A stretch of DNA of 64,000 bases from a virus (Duplodnaviria; Caudoviricetes). The translations under genes and the position numbers were made by a program. Numbering within the stretch: the first letter of the stretch is position 1; every line of letters starts with the position of its first letter. The stretch is taken from IMG/VR virus record IMGVR_UViG_3300005841_000939, one strand, 5' to 3'. Below the pieces are notes generated by a model. The model saw only the letters and a list, made by a program, of their open reading frames with translations, was not told the origin of the DNA and did not search any database. Shown piece after piece: positions 1-10,054 of this stretch.

Positions 1-1
1 T

Positions 2-1738
2 AACGCTTTGGATGAACATATTCGTGGTTTTGGTAATCAAATTGATATTACCTATAGTCAAAAAACTGGTTACATTACTATTCGTGATTACGGCCGTGGA
101 ATTCCCATTGACATGCATAAGGAAGCCAAAGTACCTATACCTCAAGTTGTTTTTACACAGTTGAAAAGTGGTTCAAATTTTGATGATTCCGATCGTGTGA
201 CTGTTGGCATGAATGGTGTTGGTGCTTCACTAGCAACAATTTTCAGTGAAAAACTCATGGTTCAGATTTGGCGAGACGGAAAAGCATATTCGCAATCTTT
301 CTCAAAAAATATGGAAAAAATCAGTGAGCCATTGGTTGAAAAAGATAAAACAACAAAAACAGGTACATTAGTCAAATTCAAACCAGACCAAAATATTTTC
401 TCAATTCAAATTCCTACTATTCTTTTTCATAAAAGATGCCTAGAATTGTCTTTTATGTATCCAAAATTGTCGCTGAATTTGACAATTGAAAGTGATACCG
501 ATGATTGCTTTGGATGTAATGATACGACAGCTTATGAAGGTAAGACTTGGGAATCTTTCATTAAGATGTTTGATGCCCCATATTCAATCTATGAAGACAA
601 TAAAGCCCAAATTAAAATGGCTATTGTCCATAACACACATACTGAACAATTTGAGCACTATTCAAATGTAAATGGTGCTGATACGTTCAGAGGTGGAACT
701 CATATTGATGCTTTACGTGATTTATTTTGCGAAGACATCAAAACAAAGATTAAGAAGGATGCAAAGCTTGAAGTAACAAATGGTGATGTTGCTAAAAATA
801 TGATCCTAGTTAACTTTCAAGTGTGGAATGCTCCACAATTTGAAGGTCAAAATAAAGAAAAATTCGTCAACGATAAAAATGAAGTAAAGAAAGTTTATGA
901 TGACATCTTTTCATCACGTCGTTTGACAATTATGGATGGTGAATGCCCTAATATCCGCACAGCAACCATTGATTTTGTCCTATTAAAGAATGAGAAGAAA
1001 GAGCTTTTAGACCTAAAGAAGACTCAAAAGAATATTGATAAAAAGAAAATTGCAAAACTTATAGACTGTTCTTCAAAAATTAGAAAAGCCTGTTCAATTT
1101 ATATTACAGAAGGTGATAGCGCCATTAGTAATTTGGCGACGGTCAGAGATTCAAAAACTATGGCAGGTTTACCATTACGTGGTAAGGTGTTGAATGTTTT
1201 TGAAGAATCTGCGCGTGATGTTGTTGAAAATAAAGAAATTCAAAGCGTCATGTCTGCAATTGGTCTAAAAATTGGCGAAAGTCCGCTATCAATTATTAAT
1301 GATGAAATTGCTAGTAGCGATTTGAGTTATGGCAAAATCATCTTAGCAACTGACCAAGATATGGATGGTTATTCAATTCGTTGCTTAATTATCAACTTCT
1401 TCTTTAAATTTTGGCCAGAAATCATTGAACATGGATGTGTTTATATTTTGGAAACTCCTTTATATGAAGTAGTTGAAAAGAAGACCGAAGAAATCAATTA
1501 TTTCTATACTAAGCAAGAATACGAAACATTTATTGAAGGTAAAAAAACTGAAAAGTATGATATTTCATACTTCAAGGGACTTGGTTCATGTGGCAAAGAA
1601 GCTTGGGATTACATGATCAACAAGAAACCTAATCTTGTTCAAGTTAAAATAGATGATCAAAAGAAAACTGCGGAAAAACTAAAAACTGTCTTTGGTCAAG
1701 ATACCGAAGCCAGAAAAAAGTGGATTATGGCTTCTTGA
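2..1738 (+). CDS. DNA topoisomerase II large subunit (GyrB/ParE-like; T4 gp39+gp60 equivalent), 5'-truncated by window
   Basis: Frame open from nt 2 (NALDE, GHKL N-box). Motifs DYGRGIP, GMNGVGASL, TOPRIM EGDSA, PLRGKVLNV, TDQDMDG. Confidence 0.95.
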   Translation, partial: NALDEHIRGFGNQIDITYSQKTGYITIRDYGRGIPIDMHKEAKVPIPQVVFTQLKSGSNFDDSDRVTVGMNGVGASLATIFSEKLMVQIWRDGKAYSQSFSKNMEKISEPLVEKDKTTKTGTLVKFKPDQNIFSIQIPTILFHKRCLELSFMYPKLSLNLTIESDTDDCFGCNDTTAYEGKTWESFIKMFDAPYSIYEDNKAQIKMAIVHNTHTEQFEHYSNVNGADTFRGGTHIDALRDLFCEDIKTKIKKDAKLEVTNGDVAKNMILVNFQVWNAPQFEGQNKEKFVNDKNEVKKVYDDIFSSRRLTIMDGECPNIRTATIDFVLLKNEKKELLDLKKTQKNIDKKKIAKLIDCSSKIRKACSIYITEGDSAISNLATVRDSKTMAGLPLRGKVLNVFEESARDVVENKEIQSVMSAIGLKIGESPLSIINDEIASSDLSYGKIILATDQDMDGYSIRCLIINFFFKFWPEIIEHGCVYILETPLYEVVEKKTEEINYFYTKQEYETFIEGKKTEKYDISYFKGLGSCGKEAWDYMINKKPNLVQVKIDDQKKTAEKLKTVFGQDTEARKKWIMAS

Positions 1739-1762
1739 TTCTGGAAAAATAGCATCTATAAT
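1735..1762 (+). promoter_or_regulatory. sigma70-like promoter TTGATT-N16-TATAAT
   Basis: In the gap before the clamp gene; GGAG RBS downstream. Confidence 0.55.
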
Positions 1763-1795
1763 TGTTAGTCTCAACTCAGTATGGAGATTAATTAA

Positions 1796-2536
1796 ATGGG
1801 CGCATCATTCAGTGGAACCTTTGAAACTAAAGAACAAGCAGATGATTTTGGTAATGTTGTAAAGTATATTATTCCTGTTCTTGCAGAAGGTGGGATCCTT
1901 CTAAAAGTTCAAAAAGATACGATGATCATTAACGTTTATCAAAAGAATATTTTGACACACGTTGTAAGTCGTGGAATTTATAATAAGTTCACTATGGTTG
2001 ATGATACAAAGATTGGTATTCTCAAGCCTGCTGACTTCGTAAAATATATCAACATGTTCGCTGAAAATAGTTCGGTTAGCTTTGAAGACAATGTTTTCAC
2101 AATTACCAATGGCGATTCTGACGTAAGCTTTAGAACTGCTGACGTTGACTTGATTAAAGAAGGTCCAGCAACATTCAAAGGCACAACATTCGTTGCTGAT
2201 GTAATGATTGATAGTCGTTTTGATCGTTTTGCAAAAGCCATGAGTGTTCTTGCAAATGAAGATACAGTTAATGTTAAGGGTGATAAGGCAACAGGTAAAG
2301 TGACATTCAAGATTGCAAATGCATCAATGGCTGTCAATACTTTCAAATTAGTTATTGATAAGATCGCAGTTGCTGATGATTTTGAGTTTAAATATTCCAA
2401 GGAAGATTTCCTGGCAATCTTGCAAACACCAATTCCAACAAAGAAAATGTCTTTCGCAGAAAAACTTCTTCGTTTAGAATGTACATCAGCAAACTTGGAT
2501 ATTACTTATTATATTCCAAAGAAGGCCGCTAAGTAA
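1796..2536 (+). CDS. DNA polymerase sliding clamp (gp45/PCNA-like)
   Basis: 246 aa, beta-rich, C-terminal ITYYIP-type strand; directly upstream of the clamp loader as in T4-like phages. Confidence 0.75.
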   Translation: MGASFSGTFETKEQADDFGNVVKYIIPVLAEGGILLKVQKDTMIINVYQKNILTHVVSRGIYNKFTMVDDTKIGILKPADFVKYINMFAENSSVSFEDNVFTITNGDSDVSFRTADVDLIKEGPATFKGTTFVADVMIDSRFDRFAKAMSVLANEDTVNVKGDKATGKVTFKIANASMAVNTFKLVIDKIAVADDFEFKYSKEDFLAILQTPIPTKKMSFAEKLLRLECTSANLDITYYIPKKAAK

Positions 2537-2551
2537 TAGGAATCTATAAAC

Positions 2552-3484
2552 ATGTCAGACGCATTTTATCCTTGGGTTGAAAAATATCGCCCACAGACAT
2601 TGGATGATGTAATTATTAATCCAGAATATCTGGCAAAGTTTAAAGAATTTGAAGCAACAAAGTCTTGCCAACATCTTCTATTTGAAGGTGGACCTGGTGT
2701 TGGCAAGACAACAATTGCAAAGATTCTAGCAAAAGCGATTGCAGGTGAAGATAATTATTTGTATATCAATGCTTCTGATAAAAATAATATTGATGCAATT
2801 AGAACAAACGTAATGGATTATTGTGGTTCAAGTGGATTTACAGATGATCTTAAAATTATTATTCTAGACGAATGTGATGGGTTGACGCCTGTTGCTCAAC
2901 GCGCTTTGCGTGCAGTCATGGAAGAATATGCAAAGAAAACACGTTTCATAATGACATGTAATTATGGAAATAAAATAATTGATGCATTGCGTTCACGTTG
3001 TGCTATTTTTGAATTTGAAGCAGCATCAAAGAATGATATTGCAAAACGTTGTTTCAAAATAATGCACAATGAAGGTGTAACAAACTTCAAAGAAGCAAAA
3101 GCAGATTTAGTTCAATTGGTAACTAAATATTATCCTGACATTAGAGCAGTGATCAATAATATCCAAAAGAATACAAAAGAAGGTATTTTCAAATTTAATC
3201 CAGAAACTGCAACATCAGATTACAATTCAACTTTTATTAAACTGTTGGCTGAGAAAAAGTTTAAAGAAATACGTTCAGAATTTCTTTCACCAACAACTGA
3301 TTATCAAAGTTTGTATAAAACCATTTTTGATAGTTTGCGTGGCGAAGAACTTACAAAGAATCCAACACAAAAAGGTGATATATACCTACTTGTTGCTGAT
3401 TATCAATACAAAAGTGCATTGGTCCTAGATCAAGAAATTAATTTTATAGCAATGATCGTTGCAATCATACGAAATTTGCAATAA
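2552..3484 (+). CDS. Clamp loader AAA+ subunit (gp44/RFC small subunit-like)
   Basis: PWVEKYRP, Walker A GGPGVGKT, Walker B IILDECD, ALRSRC (SRC motif). Confidence 0.95.
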   Translation: MSDAFYPWVEKYRPQTLDDVIINPEYLAKFKEFEATKSCQHLLFEGGPGVGKTTIAKILAKAIAGEDNYLYINASDKNNIDAIRTNVMDYCGSSGFTDDLKIIILDECDGLTPVAQRALRAVMEEYAKKTRFIMTCNYGNKIIDALRSRCAIFEFEAASKNDIAKRCFKIMHNEGVTNFKEAKADLVQLVTKYYPDIRAVINNIQKNTKEGIFKFNPETATSDYNSTFIKLLAEKKFKEIRSEFLSPTTDYQSLYKTIFDSLRGEELTKNPTQKGDIYLLVADYQYKSALVLDQEINFIAMIVAIIRNLQ

Positions 3485-3521
3485 AAATAAAATAAACACA
3501 TAGAATAATCATGGAGCAAAT

Positions 3522-3665
3522 ATGAATTACGAAGATAAGCAAAATGCAAAAAAGTTACGAAAGTTACTTGATGCTAAAGTTAAAAAGTCATACCGAAACA
3601 TAGCATTGAGTAATATCAATAAGAATGCCGAAAAATTGACCAAATTGTTAGAGAATGTTAAATAA
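3522..3665 (+). CDS. Small basic hypothetical protein (47 aa), not in ORF track
   Basis: GGAG RBS at 3513, ATG 3522, TAA 3663; MNYEDKQNAKKLRKLLDAK. Confidence 0.5.
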   Translation: MNYEDKQNAKKLRKLLDAKVKKSYRNIALSNINKNAEKLTKLLENVK

Positions 3666-3702
3666 GATAATAAAATTTTTTAAAAGAAAAAGAACCCCAC
3701 TA

Positions 3703-4482
3703 ATGAAACTATATCTCATTGTTATTGACACAACAGAAGCATTTACCCGAGCAAACTTGCCTTCTGGTATTTTAAATACTGTTGTTGTTATTGCCGAAGA
3801 TGCTGTACAAGCAAAAAACAACTTCCTTAATCAATATACTGGTGAAATGATCCGTAAATTGAATGAAGCCATTTATGTCTATGATCTAAATGAAATTTCA
3901 GTTAATTTGGAACAAATCCAAAAAGGTGGTGGACAACCACAATGGACGTTTATTCCACTTCGTGGAGGTAGACCACCTCGCCAAGTTGCATCAGCACCAA
4001 TTCAAATGACTTCAAATGGCAATCAAACATTGTCAGGTACAATCGCTCAACCACCTAGAACGGAAGGAGCGCCTCGACCATTGAATGTTTCAAATGTCAG
4101 CAATAGCCCCCGTTCACGGGAATTTCAACCTGAACAAGTTTCGCCACAAACTCAGCCTATTCAAGACCCTAATAAATTGGCTATGTTGAGAGATTTGGGT
4201 GTTCATACTGGCGGTGAATCTGCTGGTGAAGGATATAGTCCACGTCTCAATAGTTCAGTTGGAAGAAATGTTTCTATTGAACAGCCCCGTACAACTCATA
4301 GTGCTCCAGAAGGTATGAATGCTGAAAAGGCTGCGCTTTTGCGTGGTATTGGCGTAACACTTCCTGGTGGTTATCCAGTTCAAAGTACTGGCGAAGATGT
4401 TATTTCAGATGCTGCATTACTTGATCCAAGTCTTGCAGAAATTCCAAATGATGCACCACCCGTTATTGAAAGCGAAAAATGA
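3703..4482 (+). CDS. Hypothetical protein with long Pro/Gln/Ser-rich disordered tail
   Basis: Long ORF in operon; likely start MKLYLIVID; stop overlaps next start (ATGA). Confidence 0.75.
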   Translation: MKLYLIVIDTTEAFTRANLPSGILNTVVVIAEDAVQAKNNFLNQYTGEMIRKLNEAIYVYDLNEISVNLEQIQKGGGQPQWTFIPLRGGRPPRQVASAPIQMTSNGNQTLSGTIAQPPRTEGAPRPLNVSNVSNSPRSREFQPEQVSPQTQPIQDPNKLAMLRDLGVHTGGESAGEGYSPRLNSSVGRNVSIEQPRTTHSAPEGMNAEKAALLRGIGVTLPGGYPVQSTGEDVISDAALLDPSLAEIPNDAPPVIESEK

Positions 4483-4850
4483 GTAATAAAGGCTCTGCAA
4501 TGAAGAAGAAAGGTGGCAACGTTGTCACCAAAGCCATGATCGCAAAGCGCATGGAAGATGTTGCCCAATTATCAGTTGCACTTGAAGCAACATTGATGGA
4601 ATGGGAAATCTGGTATAAGATGCTCATGAATCAAAAGGGCTATCTAACCGCAGAAGAATTTGATAACTTCGTCAAAGAAGGTCCTATTTTCTCAGATATT
4701 CCTGGAAAAATCATGGCTAGTGTTCGTGCAGCAATGCCACAATTTGAACCAATTTCAAAAGAAGATGCCGTTAAACAAGATGCTGCTAAGCCAAAAATTC
4801 TTGGGGCAGATGGCTTGCCACCAGTGGAAAAGAAGAGTATAATCGTTTAA
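4479..4850 (+). CDS. Hypothetical protein
   Basis: Operonic ORF coupled to both neighbours. Confidence 0.7.
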   Translation: MSNKGSAMKKKGGNVVTKAMIAKRMEDVAQLSVALEATLMEWEIWYKMLMNQKGYLTAEEFDNFVKEGPIFSDIPGKIMASVRAAMPQFEPISKEDAVKQDAAKPKILGADGLPPVEKKSIIV

Positions 4851-4851
4851 T

Positions 4852-5469
4852 ATGGCACGCAAAAAAACTACTGGTCCTGAACAAGTTATAGATTTCTTCG
4901 CTTTAGCTCAAGGTAAAGAAATCTATAATGATGATCCAACGTGGTTTGCTGATTGTGAAGTAAAGAAAGTTTCAGTTTTTGATATTGTAAAAGATATTCA
5001 AAAACAAAAATCAGGAACTATGTTAGATAAAGAAGAAGGTGTAAAAGCTTTCAATTTATTCATGGTTATGAAATCTCTTTCTTCAAAAACCCATGATATA
5101 GTTGGATGGAAGCCTTATATAAACGAAGATGGCGAAGAAAAGAAAACACCAATATATAGCAAATATCCAGGGCACCAAGATATATTCATAGTAAATGAAA
5201 TAAATCAATTATGGCGTGAGTTTGATAATGTCAGTGCATATAATTTCTTTACAGTAGCAATTCCAGAATATGGTCCTAAAGAATATTATCCACTCATTTC
5301 AAAAATGAGAAGTGCAGCAGAATCAGAAATTTTAGCTAGAGTTTCACATTACTACGAATGTTCTTTGCAGACTGCCAAAGAATATGTTGATTTAAATGGT
5401 CCAGAATTTATTAAGATGATTAATGATAAATATGGTGACGTAGAAATGGTAAAGAAAGAAACTGTATGA
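4852..5469 (+). CDS. Clamp loader small subunit (gp62-like)
   Basis: FNLFMVMKSLS...NEINQ...YYECSLQTAKEYV pattern; immediately upstream of regA as in T4. Confidence 0.7.
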   Translation: MARKKTTGPEQVIDFFALAQGKEIYNDDPTWFADCEVKKVSVFDIVKDIQKQKSGTMLDKEEGVKAFNLFMVMKSLSSKTHDIVGWKPYINEDGEEKKTPIYSKYPGHQDIFIVNEINQLWREFDNVSAYNFFTVAIPEYGPKEYYPLISKMRSAAESEILARVSHYYECSLQTAKEYVDLNGPEFIKMINDKYGDVEMVKKETV

Positions 5470-5855
5470 AAGTTGGTATATCTGTTCGTTTAAAAGAAGA
5501 TTTTTCAGTAGTCCGAGAAACTTTAGAACGCATCGGTATTATTAATCAAAAGAAGAAGGAGTTTTTTCCTTCTTGCTATTGTATTGGTTCAACAACAGAT
5601 GGTGTGTATAAAATTGTCCATTTTAAAGAGCTATTCTTACTTGATGGAAAGACTGCCAATGTTGAACCATTGGATTATGCACGTCTTAAAACAATAGTCT
5701 ACTTGTTGAAAGATTGGAATTTGGTTGAATTGGTTGACCCAAAACAAGTAGATCAAATTCTCAGTGAAAAGATCACTGTTTTGAAACGCTCTGAGAAGAA
5801 GGATTATAATATAATCCACAAGTTCAAATTCTATAAAAAGATCATATCTGATTGA
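5466..5855 (+). CDS. regA: Translational repressor RegA
   Basis: DFSVVRETLERIGI, YKIVHFKELFLLDGK, LLKDWNLV. Confidence 0.92.
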   Translation: MKVGISVRLKEDFSVVRETLERIGIINQKKKEFFPSCYCIGSTTDGVYKIVHFKELFLLDGKTANVEPLDYARLKTIVYLLKDWNLVELVDPKQVDQILSEKITVLKRSEKKDYNIIHKFKFYKKIISD

Positions 5856-5885
5856 TTCTGTGATTTTTAGTTCTATACTAAATCA

Positions 5886-7064
5886 ATGGAAGTGCCACGT
5901 TTTTTAGTAGAAACAACATTTTCTGAAGTTATTAGATGTGGTCGTCGTAAGAGGTCAAACTCTGACAAATTGACCATGGAAGGAATATGCCCTTTCTGTG
6001 GTAATCCAAAAAGACCATCAAAGAAAAAATTCTATCTATATACCTCAAAAAGTGCATCATATAATGTTGAATGCAAGTCTTGTGGTTATGGTACTACTTT
6101 TACAAATTTTATAAAAGAAAATTATCCAGAAAAGTACGAATATATTAAAATTCAATGTTTTGATTCTATCAAGAATGGAAAAGCATTTGAGCATCCAAAA
6201 CAATCGGAAGTTATTTCAGTAAAACTTAAACCAGATGAAAAAATAGATCGGTTCTTGACAGCTTTTTTACATACTTGTTGCGTCAATCTATATAAACATC
6301 AAAAAGATCCAGAATTGGAATCTCGTAGAATTCACGCATTGACAAAGATGGAAAAAAGAAATATCTCAAAAGATATTCTTGAAGAATATTGGCTTTGTTA
6401 TAAAGGTAAATTTTCGGATCGTGTAATTATACCTTTCTTCAATGAATCAGGATTATTATATAATTTTCAAGCCAGAGACATTACAGATAATCCTGATGAA
6501 TATCGTAAAGGTACAAAATACTTGTTCGCTTTATTTGAAAAAATAGTTTTGCCCGACGACAAAATTTACAAAATGTATCTCGCAGATCCAAAGCAGACGG
6601 TATATATATGTGAAGGAATTCTTGATAGCGAGTTTATAGAAAATTCAGTTGGGTTATGTGGTGTTTCAATGAGTGAAGAGAAAATAGATTTAATGCGTGA
6701 ACGTTGGCCAAAGCGTGTTTTCTGTATTGATTCTCCTTGGACTGATGAAGCTGGTTATGATACAATTTTCGCTTTATTAAAAATGGGAGAACGCTGCTTT
6801 ATCATGCCAAAGGAACACAGTGATTGTAAAGATATAAATGATCTTGCTTTAAAACTAGGAGTATCTAAAATAAGTGAACAATTCTTGGAAGAAAATTGTT
6901 ACGAAGGTATACTTGGTATAGCAGCAGTCAAAGTGTTGTTGGCAACATCTATAACTGCTAAAGGGCGAACGATTAAAACATACGAACAAAGATTACAAGA
7001 ATTTAAAGAACAGGAAGCGAAAGAGACATGGGATTACCTCACCTCACAAACGAAAAAGCAATGA
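5886..7064 (+). CDS. DNA primase (gp61-like)
   Basis: N-terminal Zn ribbon CPFCG...CKSCG; RVIIPF..FQAR; TOPRIM ICEGILD. Confidence 0.88.
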   Translation: MEVPRFLVETTFSEVIRCGRRKRSNSDKLTMEGICPFCGNPKRPSKKKFYLYTSKSASYNVECKSCGYGTTFTNFIKENYPEKYEYIKIQCFDSIKNGKAFEHPKQSEVISVKLKPDEKIDRFLTAFLHTCCVNLYKHQKDPELESRRIHALTKMEKRNISKDILEEYWLCYKGKFSDRVIIPFFNESGLLYNFQARDITDNPDEYRKGTKYLFALFEKIVLPDDKIYKMYLADPKQTVYICEGILDSEFIENSVGLCGVSMSEEKIDLMRERWPKRVFCIDSPWTDEAGYDTIFALLKMGERCFIMPKEHSDCKDINDLALKLGVSKISEQFLEENCYEGILGIAAVKVLLATSITAKGRTIKTYEQRLQEFKEQEAKETWDYLTSQTKKQ

Positions 7065-7864
7065 AGAACTACTTCGGTCCACAAAGTGGTATCGGAGATA
7101 AGGCAGTATATTTAGCTGAAAAACCATTTGTAACCATTCAGGGTGAAGGTCCAAATGCTGGTAAGAATACAATTTTCATCAGATTTTTTGGTTGTAACCT
7201 AGCAAATAGTTGCGGTGTTGATTGGTGTGATTCGGGTCACTCATTCTATACTGACAACGAATTAAAGAAGGATCCTATAACTGGTAATCCAACAGAATAT
7301 CCACCAAAACCTGATCGTTTGACGTATGCATCGGTTGAAAAATTTTGTGAAGTTATTTTTGAATTGGATTCAATCGCCAAATTTAATAATATTGTATTTA
7401 CGGGTGGTGAACCTTTATTGTGGCAGATGACTATTGCAAAAATTCTTGGCTATCTCAAGAATCAATATAATAGAACAGTAACTGTTGAAATAGAAACAAA
7501 TGGAACTATTCAAATTGAACCAGAATTAACTGATTGGTTTAGAATGGTACATTTCAATATTTCTCCAAAAGTACACGTTGTTAAGAAGTTTCCACTTGTT
7601 GAACAACTATCAACAAAAACGTTTGATCATGACGATTGGATCATAAAATTCGTTTATGAAGATGATGAAACCGAAGATCAAATTGCAAGTTTTATTAAAA
7701 AGTATGACATTGAAAACCATAAGGTTTATATAATGCCAGAAGGTATTACTACCGAAGTTCAAATTAAAAAAATGCAACCTATAGCAGAATGGTGTATTAA
7801 CAAGGGTTATAATTTTAGTCCAAGACTTCACGTACTTATTTGGAATTTAGCTAAAGGCATCTGA
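7061..7864 (+). CDS. queE: 7-carboxy-7-deazaguanine synthase QueE-like radical SAM enzyme
   Basis: TIQGEG..G..TIFIRFFGCN, VFTGGEPLL, IETNGT, ISPK, C-terminal PRLHVLIW. Cys spacing is atypical (CX5CX4C). Confidence 0.8.
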   Translation: MKNYFGPQSGIGDKAVYLAEKPFVTIQGEGPNAGKNTIFIRFFGCNLANSCGVDWCDSGHSFYTDNELKKDPITGNPTEYPPKPDRLTYASVEKFCEVIFELDSIAKFNNIVFTGGEPLLWQMTIAKILGYLKNQYNRTVTVEIETNGTIQIEPELTDWFRMVHFNISPKVHVVKKFPLVEQLSTKTFDHDDWIIKFVYEDDETEDQIASFIKKYDIENHKVYIMPEGITTEVQIKKMQPIAEWCINKGYNFSPRLHVLIWNLAKGI

Positions 7865-9180
7865 TGAAAACTATCACAGTAAATAATTTACTAGATACGC
7901 AATATAAAGCGTTCTCATTTTATACCCTAGAATTTCGCGCATTACCATATCTATCAGATGGATTGAAACCAGTTGCACGTAGATCAATTTGGATTGCAAA
8001 TAAATTAGCAAAAGCTGAATATGTAAAGGTTGCTAAACTTGCTGGTGCAGTTTTATCAATTCATCCACATGGATCCACATCTGTTGAAGATTGTATTTCA
8101 GGTATGGCCCAAGATTTTTGTGGTGCAAATAATGTAAATTATTTTCATGGCAAAGGTGCATTTGGTTCAAAGATTGCTGGTCCAGGTAACGCTATTGGCG
8201 CGGCACGTTATGTTTCTGTCAAGTTATCAGAAAACTTTCACAAGATCATGGGACGTGATTTTGATTTGGTTAAAACAAAACCTGGATATGATGATTCAGA
8301 AGTTGAACCTGTAAGTTTCTTACCAATTGTTCCAACTGTTTTATTGAACCCATTGCAAGGTATCGCTGTTGGTTTTGCATGTACTATCCTTCCAAGAAAA
8401 TTGGAAGATGTTATTCATTGTCAATTGGCACATTTGTCTGGAAAGGGATTCAGAGAACCAGATGTACATTATGAAGGATTCAAAGGTACAGTAACAAAGA
8501 CTGGCGATAATTCTTGGGAAACCAGGGGCGTGTTCACTCGCACTGGTCGTAAGTTGACTATTACTGAATTGCCAATTGGTTACACTAGAGAGTCATACAT
8601 ACGTGTTCTTGATGCATTAGAAGAAAAAGAAATCATTTCATCATACACTGATGACTGTACATCAGACTTTTTGTTTAGCGTAAACATCAAAGCAGAATTA
8701 AAAACTGATGAAGAAATTTACGAAAAATTCAAGTTAATTGGATCCTTATCAGAAAATATTACTTTAATAGATTTTAATGGTAAAGTCAGAAAAATGACTG
8801 TTACAGAAATCATCAAAGAATTCACTGATGTTCGTTTCAAAATATATTTTGAACGATTCAAAAAAGAATTCATGGATAATAGGGATGAATTTGAATTTAA
8901 ACGTGATCTTCTTAAGGTAATAAAGAAGGGTTTATTTAAGAAGTTTCCAGACTTAAAGAAAAATGAAATTGCTGATTTGTTGATAGAGAATGAAATTAAA
9001 GAAAAGAACATTGCTAGAATAATCCAAACCCCAATTTATAGATTTGGTAAGGACGAAGTTGATCGTCTAGAAGAAGAGTTACAGAAGTTGAAGACCCTAA
9101 TTGAATATTTAGTAACTCTTTGCAAGGATGAAGAATTGCGAAAAGTTGAATATGTTAAGGAATTAAAAGAATTGAGATAA
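7864..9180 (+). CDS. DNA topoisomerase II small subunit (GyrA/ParC-like; gp52)
   Basis: RALP..DGLKPVARR, HPHG, GKGAFGS, AARY with catalytic Tyr, PTVLLNPLQGIAVGF. Confidence 0.95.
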   Translation: MKTITVNNLLDTQYKAFSFYTLEFRALPYLSDGLKPVARRSIWIANKLAKAEYVKVAKLAGAVLSIHPHGSTSVEDCISGMAQDFCGANNVNYFHGKGAFGSKIAGPGNAIGAARYVSVKLSENFHKIMGRDFDLVKTKPGYDDSEVEPVSFLPIVPTVLLNPLQGIAVGFACTILPRKLEDVIHCQLAHLSGKGFREPDVHYEGFKGTVTKTGDNSWETRGVFTRTGRKLTITELPIGYTRESYIRVLDALEEKEIISSYTDDCTSDFLFSVNIKAELKTDEEIYEKFKLIGSLSENITLIDFNGKVRKMTVTEIIKEFTDVRFKIYFERFKKEFMDNRDEFEFKRDLLKVIKKGLFKKFPDLKKNEIADLLIENEIKEKNIARIIQTPIYRFGKDEVDRLEEELQKLKTLIEYLVTLCKDEELRKVEYVKELKELR

Positions 9181-9211
9181 ACGTTAGAATAAGACAAGAT
9201 TGGAGTCGTTC

Positions 9212-10054
9212 ATGACCAATATTGTCTTTATTCAACCAATTTTTGCACCAGATGAGGGCATATCGGAGAGAAATGTAAATTCTCTTCAATCTATTAAAAA
9301 TTATATTGATGTGAATGGCCTAGATGGTTGCAATGTTCAGGTGATCATTGGTGGATGGGCTAGAACCGATGCATTGTGGCAAAAAATGGTAGCAAAATGT
9401 AAAGAAGTATTTGGTGCAACATACGAACCAATCCGATTTGATAAGAATTATGGTAAAGCAATAGTTGTTAATAAGCTTTATGAAGTTGCTCGCAAAAATG
9501 GTGTAAATCCTGATTTCTTGTTTACATGTGATTCAGATATTCTTTTTCAACCTGAACAAAAACATATGTTTTTGCGTTTAGTGGCAGCAGCTAATCATTT
9601 AACAGAAGTTAAAAAGATTCCATTTGGAATGATTTCATTAAATCAACTTTCTGGTAATTGTCATTGGCCAGTGTGCTATCAAAATCAGATTACATATACA
9701 ATGTCAGTTAATGCGACTGAAAAATTTGAAGAAAAAATGGTTTGGCCAAATACACCAAGTGGAATTGCTGGCGGCTGTCTCTTTTTAAGTCGCGCTTTTT
9801 GGGATACAGTTGGTGGATATAAAGTATTTGGCGTATATTCTGGTGATGATGCATATTTACTTTTAGAATGTGGAAAACGTGGTTGGTCATATCAAATGGC
9901 TGATACAATTTCAATTATCCATCCAAATGAAAATGATGCAGAATATTCAGCTTGGAAGCACAAAGTCTGTGGTCGTGATATGATGTCAGGATTTAAACAA
10001 AATATTGATAATATCATTCAAGAAGCAGATGCATTTTGGGATGCAAAGAAATGA
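9212..10054 (+). CDS. Glycosyltransferase, GT-A fold (GT2-like)
   Basis: NYGKA, DSD motif, IAGGCLFL...VGGY...YSGDD. Confidence 0.7.
   Translation: MTNIVFIQPIFAPDEGISERNVNSLQSIKNYIDVNGLDGCNVQVIIGGWARTDALWQKMVAKCKEVFGATYEPIRFDKNYGKAIVVNKLYEVARKNGVNPDFLFTCDSDILFQPEQKHMFLRLVAAANHLTEVKKIPFGMISLNQLSGNCHWPVCYQNQITYTMSVNATEKFEEKMVWPNTPSGIAGGCLFLSRAFWDTVGGYKVFGVYSGDDAYLLLECGKRGWSYQMADTISIIHPNENDAEYSAWKHKVCGRDMMSGFKQNIDNIIQEADAFWDAKK

Noticed and set aside
1-9180. Cellular or NCLDV origin suggested by the RFC-like loader, GT71, GT29 and EXD2-like genes
   Set aside because: RegA, gp62-like, T4-type primase and split topoisomerase, Shine-Dalgarno motifs and ATGA/TAATG coupling indicate a bacteriophage.
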